From the NCBI GenBank assembly GCA_001789725.1, contig MGAM01000004.1:51913-115912 (forward strand): a stretch of 64,000 bases of DNA, in the 5' to 3' direction. This document shows positions 39,204 to 47,486 of the stretch, in pieces. Under the pieces are notes generated by a model, which saw only the letters and a program-made list of their open reading frames with translations, made no database searches and was not told the origin of the DNA. Within the stretch, counting starts at the first letter, position 1; each line of letters begins with the position of its first letter. Source of the stretch: Candidatus Roizmanbacteria bacterium RIFCSPLOWO2_01_FULL_39_19. Its GTDB lineage: Bacteria; Patescibacteriota; Microgenomatia; UBA1406; HO2-37-13b. The position numbers and the translations under genes are program-made.

Positions 39204-40865
39204 CCCGACTTACCATTATAGTTTTTTTTGACATTTTCAAAAATAAAATAGCCTAATCTGATAATATAATTAATAAACCACGATGTGTATTTGTCGCACT
39301 AAGGGTAAAATATAAACGTGTTTTATCTTAGAGCAATAAAAACTGCGTCAGACGCAATAGCTATTCAGATAGTTCGGTATGAAAATAGAAAGAGAATTAT
39401 TGTAAAACATATTGGCAGCGCTCATAATTCAGAGGAAATTGCTTCTTGCAAACAAACAGCGCTCGATTGGATTGAACGGGAAACCCACCAGCAGCGTCTT
39501 TTTCCACAAGAAAAGACAGCACCCACTCTTACGCCAATAGAAAAGTGTTTGTATCTTGGTATTCGGTACTCTTTCATCTATAACGTTTTATCCCAACTCC
39601 TCAGAATGCTTAAATTTAACAAAATTAATAACCAGCTTCTCATGGACTTAGTTATTATGCGCATTATTCAGCCATTATCTAAACTTGAATCACTTGAGTA
39701 TTTATCTGAGATGTTTGGGATAATTTACAAAAGGGGAAATTTGTATCAAACAATTGCTTCTTTTCCGGCGTTTAAAAATACAATTGAAGAAAAAACAGTA
39801 GAATTTGCGAAACAGCATTTATCTTTTGATTTCACTGTTATTTTCTACGATGTAACAACCCTCTACTTTGAATCATTTAAGGAAGATGAAGAAAAATTTA
39901 AAAAACCAGGTTTTTCAAAAGATAATAAATTCAATCAACCCCAAATTGTTATCGGACTTATTGTTACTCCTGAAGGTTTTCCTATTGCCTATGATGTATT
40001 TGCAGGAAATACATTTGAAGGAAAAACGTTTATTCCAACAATTTGTAAATTTAGAGATACTCATAAAGTAAAAACACTTACCGTTGTTGCTGATGCTGCT
40101 ATGATAAGTCTCCCTAATGTTGAAAAACTTAAGGAAAACAACCTCTCATATATTGTCGGAGCACGAGTCGCAAATCTGACGCATGAGGAAATAATACAAA
40201 TCAATACAGAATTAATTGATCAAAAACAAGACGAGCAAGAGTTAAAAAAATTGGATGGGGCATCAATGAGGATTGAAACAGATAAAGGAATGCTTGTCTG
40301 TGATTTTTCCTTTAAAAGATATCGGAAAGACAAGCGGGAGATGGAGAAACAGATTGAAAAAGCAAAAAGATTGTTAAAAGAAGATAAAGGGACAAAACGG
40401 ACAAAGTTTTTGAAGAATAAAGAAAAAAGGAAACCTAAACAAATTCTAAACACAAAACTTATTAAAAAAACAACACTCCTTCTTGGGATTAAAGGTTATT
40501 ACACTAACCTTACCGATACAGATGATAATACAATTATTAATCATTATCACAGCCTCTGGCATGTGGAACAGGTATTCAGAATTGCCAAAAGTGATTTAGC
40601 CGCACGACCAATCTATCATTTCAAAAAACAAACAATTGAGGCCCATATTTTAATCTGCTTTATGGCACTTGCTGTCTGTAAATATATGGAATTGAAGACT
40701 CATAAATCAACTAAGAAGATAATCAAACTTTTGAGAAGTATCACAGAGGCAAGAATGAAAAATTTACTTACTGGAAAAATATTCGTAATGCCAAAAGAGG
40801 TACCAGAAGAAATTAATCAATTGCGGAAAGCATTATTTTTGTAGCACTAATTATGGTAAGTCGGG
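39204..40865 (+). mobile_element. IS4-superfamily insertion sequence, IS1634-like (1,662 bp)
   Basis: 13-bp perfect terminal inverted repeats: CCCGACTTACCAT (39204-39216) and ATGGTAAGTCGGG (40853-40865). It carries a single DDE transposase ORF and is flanked by the 72-bp direct repeats. Confidence 0.85.
39318..40844 (+). CDS. DDE transposase, IS1634/IS4 family
   Basis: 508 aa, GTG start. Contains FYDVTTLYFES, VVADAAMIS and the Y-2-R-3-E-6-K signature HSLWHVEQVFRIAKSDL. The N-terminus (MFYLRAIK...IQIVRYENRK) resembles IS1634-group transposases. Confidence 0.85.
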   Translation: MFYLRAIKTASDAIAIQIVRYENRKRIIVKHIGSAHNSEEIASCKQTALDWIERETHQQRLFPQEKTAPTLTPIEKCLYLGIRYSFIYNVLSQLLRMLKFNKINNQLLMDLVIMRIIQPLSKLESLEYLSEMFGIIYKRGNLYQTIASFPAFKNTIEEKTVEFAKQHLSFDFTVIFYDVTTLYFESFKEDEEKFKKPGFSKDNKFNQPQIVIGLIVTPEGFPIAYDVFAGNTFEGKTFIPTICKFRDTHKVKTLTVVADAAMISLPNVEKLKENNLSYIVGARVANLTHEEIIQINTELIDQKQDEQELKKLDGASMRIETDKGMLVCDFSFKRYRKDKREMEKQIEKAKRLLKEDKGTKRTKFLKNKEKRKPKQILNTKLIKKTTLLLGIKGYYTNLTDTDDNTIINHYHSLWHVEQVFRIAKSDLAARPIYHFKKQTIEAHILICFMALAVCKYMELKTHKSTKKIIKLLRSITEARMKNLLTGKIFVMPKEVPEEINQLRKALFL

Positions 40866-40937
40866 AATAAAAAGGGATTGTTTTAAGTTTGGTTTGTCCG
40901 TACAATATACGTATATGTACATATTGTATTTTGTACT
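40866..40937. repeat. Right copy of the 72-bp direct repeat flanking the IS
   Basis: Exact copy of 39132-39203. It contains the first 23 nt of the downstream membrane-protein CDS. Confidence 0.9.
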
Positions 40938-41997
40938 GTCTACTGCTGCAGCTTTATACTCCTATGTTTTAATTGATATGAATCTTACTCTTATAAACCA
41001 TCCTATTTGGGGCAGTATCCGCGAAACTGCGGTTCAACTCGGATACTTTAATCGACCGCTCTCAACAATAATTTTCTTGATTTTACTCTCAACATTTTTT
41101 CTAGTTCAGAAAAACACAACTATGATGAAAAAAATTCCCCGTCCTTTTTATCTTGGAATTGCCATCTCAATCCCACTTATTATTTCATACCCATTTTTAA
41201 GCCGTGATTTTTTCAACTACATGTTTGATGCAAGAATTGTAACTTTTTATAACCAGAATCCTTATCTTCTCAAGGCCCTTGACTTCCCCAATGATCATTG
41301 GCTTAGATTTATGCATTGGACACATAGAACTTACCCTTATGGACCGACATTTCTATTAATTACTCTTGTTCCGTCATTTTTATCCTTTGGGAAACTACTC
41401 CTTTCAATAATCTTTTTCAAGATAACTTGGGTTTCGTTTTATTTAGCAGCAATTTGGATAGTTGAGAAGAAACATAAAGATTTTGCTTTGTTTTTTGCGA
41501 CAAGTCCGTTGGTAATCTTTGAAGGACTAATTAATAATCATAATGATTTGATTGCAATATGCCTCATTATGATTGGGATGATGGCGATATTTCATAAAAA
41601 GAAAATTAAGGGATACTTATTATTTTTTTTATCTGTCGGAATTAAATATTTCACACTACCTTATTTATTTGTTCAGGACAAGGCCAAGAGAATCAATTTA
41701 TTTGTTTTTTGGGCTCTTCTTGCTGGGTTTACTTATATTGGTGTCACTCAAGGTATCCAACCGTGGTATTTATTAAATTTTGTTCCCATCTTGCTGGTAA
41801 CCAAAGAAATGGAGGGGTTGTTTACTGCTGCATCAGCCGGAGTCCTGCTTTCTTACTATCCATATGTTGCGCTTGGCGACTGGACAAATACGGAGGTAAT
41901 TGCCTACAAGAATATGATTGTTTTGGCAACGTTTTTATTTGTACTCCTTGTTTTTTTCATTAAGAAAACTCAGTTATTTAAATCAGAAAAAGTATAA
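40915..41997 (+). CDS. Polytopic membrane protein, GT-C-like (DUF2029/mannosyltransferase-like, tentative)
   Basis: About 10 TM helices, with loop motif SRDFFNYMFDARI. I chose the ATG at 40915 (the track uses TTG at 40894). Confidence 0.5.
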   Translation: MYILYFVLSTAAALYSYVLIDMNLTLINHPIWGSIRETAVQLGYFNRPLSTIIFLILLSTFFLVQKNTTMMKKIPRPFYLGIAISIPLIISYPFLSRDFFNYMFDARIVTFYNQNPYLLKALDFPNDHWLRFMHWTHRTYPYGPTFLLITLVPSFLSFGKLLLSIIFFKITWVSFYLAAIWIVEKKHKDFALFFATSPLVIFEGLINNHNDLIAICLIMIGMMAIFHKKKIKGYLLFFLSVGIKYFTLPYLFVQDKAKRINLFVFWALLAGFTYIGVTQGIQPWYLLNFVPILLVTKEMEGLFTAASAGVLLSYYPYVALGDWTNTEVIAYKNMIVLATFLFVLLVFFIKKTQLFKSEKV

Positions 41998-41999
41998 AT

Positions 42000-42260
42000 T
42001 TACTTAAATCCTATTACTTGAAGTCCGTATTTGTCTATCTCTTCTTTTTTCCAAAACTTGAAGTCGTTTACTTTTGAAACATAAGTAATAACTTTTTCTA
42101 TTGTACGGCCAGTATATTTGCCAACGTCCTCATCCCACTCTCTTAAAACCAGCGTGTCACCTTCTTTGCATTCAAAGTCATAAAGTCTCACATCAAAATT
42201 TTTCTTTCCGTCTAAAATATCTTGAAATTGCCTCTTCCATGTTTTCTTTTCTATTTTCAT
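42000..42260 (-). CDS. ASCH/PUA-like small protein (DUF3850-like)
   Basis: Contains MKIEKKTWKRQFQDILDGKKNFDVRLYDFECKEGDTLVLREWD...YTGR. I chose the ATG at 42258-42260, just after the upstream stop. Confidence 0.55.
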   Translation of the reverse strand: MKIEKKTWKRQFQDILDGKKNFDVRLYDFECKEGDTLVLREWDEDVGKYTGRTIEKVITYVSKVNDFKFWKKEEIDKYGLQVIGFK

Positions 42261-42264
42261 TTTC

Positions 42265-44379
42265 TTATTCTCGAATAATGCAATCAGAATTACAGCTTTG
42301 GTTATTTTCACCGATTACGCTATCGCATAGACCATTACTACAAAGCGATAGTCTTGTTTTTCTAATTTGAAAAAGTGATTGATTGGGAACGGTAATCTCA
42401 AGTTTTTTAATGCCCGTCTTATCATAAAAAATAACTTTCTTAGCTTGTTTGCTGTATGGAATATATAATATCAATGGGTCAACAAGTTCATCTCCTCCTG
42501 TAATTTTACCTTCATAGTGTAATTGTTTTAATAAATACGGTACTGTTCCACTGTAAATCTGCCTACCCAAACTATTGAGCACTGAAAAATTGTAATTTTC
42601 CGTCCCAAATGTTTTATTCGTGTAATATATTGGATATTTATCTTCAATTGTTGTTGAAATTAATTTCAAAAGACCATCTTTATTTTCAAGCGATACCTTA
42701 ATTGCCGTATGGTAAAAGTCACTCAAGTCAAAGGCTTTATTTTTCATTAACTCGATTATTGGGTTTTCTTTGGTTAATTCACTTTCCCAGGCTTTAAGTG
42801 ATGGTTTATTAAAAAATTTATTGTAAGGATTCCTCATTATGCTTGTTTCTGTTGGACGATAATAATCATCGGTCGTGCAACCTTTAAAGCACCCAAGTTC
42901 ACCGTCAGGTAACCACTCCGGACAAGTTGAATCTGAAGTGCAATTAGGGGCTTTATGAGAAAAGCGTCCTTCCTCAACATATTCATCAGCCAAACCGGCA
43001 ATACTATGCCCAAGTTCGTGTGCGGTTGCATTGGAGACAGCTCTACTTAAAAGAGACACGTTATGATATCGAGCAGTTGACCTTCCGGCATCATCTTGAT
43101 CTGAAATAATTACCGAACTTGTCCCACCACAATCTGCCCTTTGATCCCAAGGAGTATCACAACTAAAAATACCATAATCATCAAAATCGCATCCATATGT
43201 TTGTGTTAAATCTTCATTAATCACGAATGAAAGATTGTCAGTAATAGCACCCATAGAAACTTTTCTAAAATCATCGATCGCATCATTGACAGACTCCTTA
43301 AAGTCACTTAAATTCTTATAATTCTGTGGAACAAAAACAATCCTATGCCATCCACTCCCACTTATTTCTTGACATGATGTATTTCTCTTGGGAATAGTAA
43401 AAGTTAAACGCATATCCTCATCCGGCACAAAAATGTTTTGAATTCCGGAACTATAACTCGTCGATCTTGTCCTTGGAGGATACATTAACAGTTTAATTAA
43501 ATAACTAGCTCCATTTACCAGTGGCGCCTCGGTATTTGGATCGTATTTATAATCAAAATCAAATATAAATTTATTGTTTTTTTGCTCTTTAAATTGAAAC
43601 TGGTAATTGTCTCCACCATTTAATGAATCGCAATACTTATCTTTATAATTTTCACAAATCCGTATCGAATCAAACGCTGCTTCATCTATTTCATCAACTG
43701 TATAATTTTTTCCGGATTCGTCGATTATTTCTAAACTGCCAGATAGAATACCAGGAATTCTATCGTCAACAAATTGATGACGAATCTCAAGTTCTATGTC
43801 ATAACTTTCACCTTCTTCAATATTTAGTAAACATCCTTCATTAAATTCACCATCATTACATTTGACAATTTTTATTTCGTCTTTGTTCAACTCTTCAATC
43901 TCATAACCCTCGCTGTCAAAAAGATATGGAAGAACCATCACCATTCTCAATCCACGCGAAATTCTACCACCAGTTTTAAACCCTGTCTCTGAATCAATAA
44001 TATTTTGATGACGTATAACCTCAGACTTGGAACAATCAAGTCTCATCGTGTCAGATGCAACTCGACATGAAATAATATGAATGTACAAGTCCGAAGGAAT
44101 TTTGTCGTATGATTTAACATCAATACCAATTTCTGCAAAACGACCGCTACTTGGAGGATAAATATTCACCGGAAGGCAACTATCTCTAAATATTAGATTG
44201 TTATATTTACTGTCATAGACCATTCTAGGATATTTTATAGTTAGCTGTTTATTTGAAGAATTTTTCCACTGTGACACTTTCTCTGGATTTGCGATTGCAT
44301 CATTAAGAATTACCCTTGAAACTTTATTTTGAATATTAGGGCAGACTTTAACAGATAACAATTGTGCTTTAGATTCCAA
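42265..44379 (-). CDS. M64-like zinc metallopeptidase with a large N-terminal domain and Cys-rich C-terminal tail; no signal peptide of its own
   Basis: Contains HELGHSIAGLADEY (the HExxH...LADEY signature of peptidase M64). The C-terminus is CSNGLCDSVIGENNQSCNSDC. The body begins immediately after an in-frame TGA that follows the anchor ORF at 44383-44502. Confidence 0.6.
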   Translation of the reverse strand: MESKAQLLSVKVCPNIQNKVSRVILNDAIANPEKVSQWKNSSNKQLTIKYPRMVYDSKYNNLIFRDSCLPVNIYPPSSGRFAEIGIDVKSYDKIPSDLYIHIISCRVASDTMRLDCSKSEVIRHQNIIDSETGFKTGGRISRGLRMVMVLPYLFDSEGYEIEELNKDEIKIVKCNDGEFNEGCLLNIEEGESYDIELEIRHQFVDDRIPGILSGSLEIIDESGKNYTVDEIDEAAFDSIRICENYKDKYCDSLNGGDNYQFQFKEQKNNKFIFDFDYKYDPNTEAPLVNGASYLIKLLMYPPRTRSTSYSSGIQNIFVPDEDMRLTFTIPKRNTSCQEISGSGWHRIVFVPQNYKNLSDFKESVNDAIDDFRKVSMGAITDNLSFVINEDLTQTYGCDFDDYGIFSCDTPWDQRADCGGTSSVIISDQDDAGRSTARYHNVSLLSRAVSNATAHELGHSIAGLADEYVEEGRFSHKAPNCTSDSTCPEWLPDGELGCFKGCTTDDYYRPTETSIMRNPYNKFFNKPSLKAWESELTKENPIIELMKNKAFDLSDFYHTAIKVSLENKDGLLKLISTTIEDKYPIYYTNKTFGTENYNFSVLNSLGRQIYSGTVPYLLKQLHYEGKITGGDELVDPLILYIPYSKQAKKVIFYDKTGIKKLEITVPNQSLFQIRKTRLSLCSNGLCDSVIGENNQSCNSDCIIRE

Positions 44380-44382
44380 TAA

Positions 44383-44502
44383 TCATTTACTTTTCGAAAT
44401 CTGATAACCAAACAAAACGCCCGTTATTGTTGTAACAAGCAATAATGCAGTTGGGAATATGTAAAATTTATTTTTGTGCAAATTTATGTTTATTTGAGTC
44501 AT
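44383..44502 (-). CDS. 39-codon signal-anchor ORF in frame with the M64-like gene (separated only by TGA-TTA)
   Basis: Own translation: MTQININLHKNKFYIFPTALLLVTTITGVLFGYQISKSK*. It has one TM helix, and its stop is TGA at 44383-44385. Confidence 0.4.
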   Translation of the reverse strand: MTQININLHKNKFYIFPTALLLVTTITGVLFGYQISKSK

Positions 44503-44543
44503 TTATTTTCTGGGGATAAATTTCAAGTCAACAAGGTAATTTT
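44488..44543 (-). repeat. Diverged copy of the GT2-3'-end/next-gene-start junction (relic encoding ..KNYLVDLKFIPRK* + MTQ..)
   Basis: About 80% identity to 45716-45768. The differences are mostly synonymous or conservative at codon level. Confidence 0.6.
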
Positions 44544-44548
44544 TGTTG

Positions 44549-45730
44549 TCAACTTAAATATTCGTTAACAACCTCTGCTACTTCTGCACTTCGGGTTGTC
44601 CAATTTGGATGAACAAATACTTGTACCATGTATGTTAGATCACTCTGAGGTTCGTGAACTCTATCGCCACTTTCACCCACTATTGGTAGGTGAATTTTTT
44701 TAAATCCCTTATCTTTACCCATATACACGCTAACATCTTCTGGTGGGATTTTCAATTTTTTACTTATTTCATCTGCCAATAAACCCCTATTATCCGAGTC
44801 AAGAAGGTTATTTGCCAATTCCTCTGAAATATTAACTTCCCTTAGGTTGAAAACTCTTGGGTAAAATATCCACTTATCTGCTCGTTCCATGAGCGTTCGT
44901 GTTCTTTTATTGCATTTCGTCAATAAAAAATGCAGCGCTTCTGCATCTGTCATTAGAAAGTAATCTCTACTGATTTCCCCATCTCGTCTTGCAAAATCTA
45001 AGGCTCTAAAAAGAATCGTTCCAGCAGAAAGATTATATATACCATATACAAATTCATAAACTGACTGCCGAACTCTTTCCCAGGCAGCCAATCCACCAAT
45101 ATGATCAGCAAGAAGCACAAGTTCTCCCTCTTTTATTGCAAATGCTTTTGCTAACTCTTCAGGCGAGTACATCAGTTCGTCTAGAAGTCCCACACTCACA
45201 CCATAACGGAGGGTATTATCTAAATTGTCAATATCTATTGTCCCATTGACAATATCGCTCACAGGTTTGTTTTCACCCTTTATAAGTTCTATTATTCTCT
45301 TAATATCTCCTCCCTGTCTCCTTACTTCTTTCGCAAACTCTCCTCCTTCGATAATTTCTTCAACAAATTTTTCATGGTTTTTACCAGTCAACTTTACTTG
45401 AAAGTATTCGCTTGTGTGGGAAAACGGAGGTGTTCCTAAATCATGGGCAAGAGCAGCAAAATATAAATCTCTTGCAATATCTTGAAATTCGGCTTTACTC
45501 CCTACAATGGTGGCCAAATGGGCAACTCCTATAGAGTGTTCAAATTTACTTGCACATACTCCCGTTGGGATTGTCCATGTTGGTATTGCTGATAATGACA
45601 CATGTCTTAATCTCGCCATCTCTCTTGTTTGAAAAAGTTTAAGTTGGTTTGCGTCATATTCAATTTTTCCATAAAGCCGATCACAAATAAAACCCACAGT
45701 GTCCCCCATGTATTTGTCTTTTTGAGTCAT
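44549..45730 (-). CDS. HD-domain phosphohydrolase (dGTPase/SAMHD1-like dNTP triphosphohydrolase family, tentative)
   Basis: Contains FEHSIGVAHLA and ALAHDLGTPPFSH (the H..HD motif) over 393 aa. Confidence 0.7.
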   Translation of the reverse strand: MTQKDKYMGDTVGFICDRLYGKIEYDANQLKLFQTREMARLRHVSLSAIPTWTIPTGVCASKFEHSIGVAHLATIVGSKAEFQDIARDLYFAALAHDLGTPPFSHTSEYFQVKLTGKNHEKFVEEIIEGGEFAKEVRRQGGDIKRIIELIKGENKPVSDIVNGTIDIDNLDNTLRYGVSVGLLDELMYSPEELAKAFAIKEGELVLLADHIGGLAAWERVRQSVYEFVYGIYNLSAGTILFRALDFARRDGEISRDYFLMTDAEALHFLLTKCNKRTRTLMERADKWIFYPRVFNLREVNISEELANNLLDSDNRGLLADEISKKLKIPPEDVSVYMGKDKGFKKIHLPIVGESGDRVHEPQSDLTYMVQVFVHPNWTTRSAEVAEVVNEYLS

Positions 45731-45768
45731 TTTCTCGGGATAAACTTGAGGTCGGCAAAGTAGTTTTT
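45716..45768 (-). repeat. Intact GT2-3'-end/HD-gene-start junction (partner of 44488-44543)
   Basis: Encodes ..KNYFADLKFIPRK, with TGA overlapping the ATG of MTQKD... Confidence 0.6.
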
Positions 45769-46560
45769 TAAAAGATGAGCTTTTGTCCTAAATGGCGCAT
45801 ATTTTAGCCCAAACATTAGTCTGTTTCTCTCCTGATACCTACTATGAACCTCGGACCCTGGCCCACCGGTTGATTGGGAATTCTTGTGCCAGATAATAAT
45901 TGACGGGTCATAAATTAGTTTGATTTTTTTATTTTTTGCCCTTTCACACCAGTCGGCATCTTCATAATATAGAAAGTACGATTCATCAAAATAGCCAACT
46001 TTGTCAAGAGTTTTTTTATCAAAACACATTAAACAGCCGGTCATAAATTCCGTCTCTATTTTCTTGTTAAATTGTCCTTCATCTACTTCATCCACTCCAA
46101 CATGAGTGGTCATAACATTTTCCCAATCGCATTTCCCCCCAGCGTACCAAATGACTTTGCCTAAATCTTTTTTCTGGTAGCGATCTTTGTGATATTCAAA
46201 ACCGGGCGCATAATATATCTTCCCGCCAATTATTGAGGCAGGATTTTTGGAAATTGATTCCTCAACTGATATTAAAAATCTAGTTTCAACTTGTGTATCG
46301 TTATTAATAATAACAAAACCATCATATCCTTGTTTTATCGCATACTTCAAGCCCACGTTAACGCCATTAGCATATCCTTTATTAGCGCTCAACATCACTG
46401 TCACGTTATCCTGATCTTCAAATGGAACAGGAGTAGGGGAAACATCAACAATAAATAAGTGCCGATCTTTCACGTCCAGTCCTGCTTTTTGCAGGCTCAA
46501 AATAAATTCATTTGTCAGGTGATATGTTTTGTAGTTAACGGTAACCACTGCCAGCTTCAT
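45727..46560 (-). CDS. Glycosyltransferase family 2 (rhamnosyltransferase-like)
   Basis: Contains AVVTVNYKTYHLT, VIINNDT and LYYEDADWCERA. Confidence 0.8.
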   Translation of the reverse strand: MKLAVVTVNYKTYHLTNEFILSLQKAGLDVKDRHLFIVDVSPTPVPFEDQDNVTVMLSANKGYANGVNVGLKYAIKQGYDGFVIINNDTQVETRFLISVEESISKNPASIIGGKIYYAPGFEYHKDRYQKKDLGKVIWYAGGKCDWENVMTTHVGVDEVDEGQFNKKIETEFMTGCLMCFDKKTLDKVGYFDESYFLYYEDADWCERAKNKKIKLIYDPSIIIWHKNSQSTGGPGSEVHSRYQERNRLMFGLKYAPFRTKAHLLKNYFADLKFIPRK

Positions 46561-46563
46561 AAA

Positions 46564-47484
46564 TTACCTAAGTAGTTTTCTAACAATTTTTGATTTAAAA
46601 GATTTAACAGGTGAGTGAAGGCTTTCTTTGTCCATCCAGTGACTGACTTCATACGCTCCTTTTTCAAAGAAATGATTTGCCGCCTCAACTACGTCTCTGT
46701 CTTCAGCTTTAAATTTTTTACCTTCAAAATAATAGCAGTAAACTAAAAACGTATAAAACATCTGAAGAGTTGCCAGAACCAATCCATGGATGCCGTCACG
46801 ATATCCTTTCTCGGCAAAAAATCTTCCTATGAATTCACTAAGTCCTTCATTAAATGAGTCAATAATCGTATAATTTTTTTGTTCATCTAGTCTTTCTTTT
46901 GCTTGAGCCTTAGCATACCTCATTCCTTTTGATAGATACTGGTCAATTGTGCCATAATTGTGATGAATAATTGCAAAACGCTCGTCCTGGGCAACAGCAA
47001 AACCGTTGCCAGTTAGTTGAGGTTGGCTATGGATAATTTTAGGCCAGGTAACTTTTGATTTTCTGAAAAGTCTTACTTGATAGTCCGGCCACCACCTTGA
47101 GTTTTCAATCCACTTGTTAAAAATAATATTTTTACGGGGAATGCCAAAATAATCATATTTACCAATATTTTTCTTCAGTAATTCAACAAGCTCTGCCGAC
47201 AGCTCCTCGTCTTCATCAAGAAACAAAATATAATCATGCTTGGCATGCTTTTTATTTTCTTCCCTGATAAGCTCGACATATGCAACCGGATCATTAACTT
47301 TGATAATACGGTGCGGGACCTTAAACTTTTTATTAACAAGTTGTGATTTAAGATCCTTACTAATTCCAATATCAATAAAAACAATTTCAGATATTAATGG
47401 AATTGCCGATTCAATTGATGTAAAAATATATGGCGGATTGCCGTGCACAACCATCACAAGACTTACTTTTTCTTGATTCATCAT
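46564..47484 (-). CDS. Glycosyltransferase family 2 (paralog of 38358-39113)
   Basis: Contains ILFLDEDEELS and NSRWWPDYQVRLFRK. Confidence 0.7.
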   Translation of the reverse strand: MMNQEKVSLVMVVHGNPPYIFTSIESAIPLISEIVFIDIGISKDLKSQLVNKKFKVPHRIIKVNDPVAYVELIREENKKHAKHDYILFLDEDEELSAELVELLKKNIGKYDYFGIPRKNIIFNKWIENSRWWPDYQVRLFRKSKVTWPKIIHSQPQLTGNGFAVAQDERFAIIHHNYGTIDQYLSKGMRYAKAQAKERLDEQKNYTIIDSFNEGLSEFIGRFFAEKGYRDGIHGLVLATLQMFYTFLVYCYYFEGKKFKAEDRDVVEAANHFFEKGAYEVSHWMDKESLHSPVKSFKSKIVRKLLR

Positions 47485-47486
47485 AA

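Noticed and set aside
39188-40914. The longer ORF-track starts for the two genes flanking the IS (minus-strand ATG at 39188 and plus-strand TTG at 40894).
   Set aside because: Both extensions lie inside the duplicated 72-nt segment and encode implausible N-termini (MYIYVYCTDK..., MSVQYTY...). The internal ATGs at 39113 and 40915 give canonical GT2 and membrane-protein N-termini.
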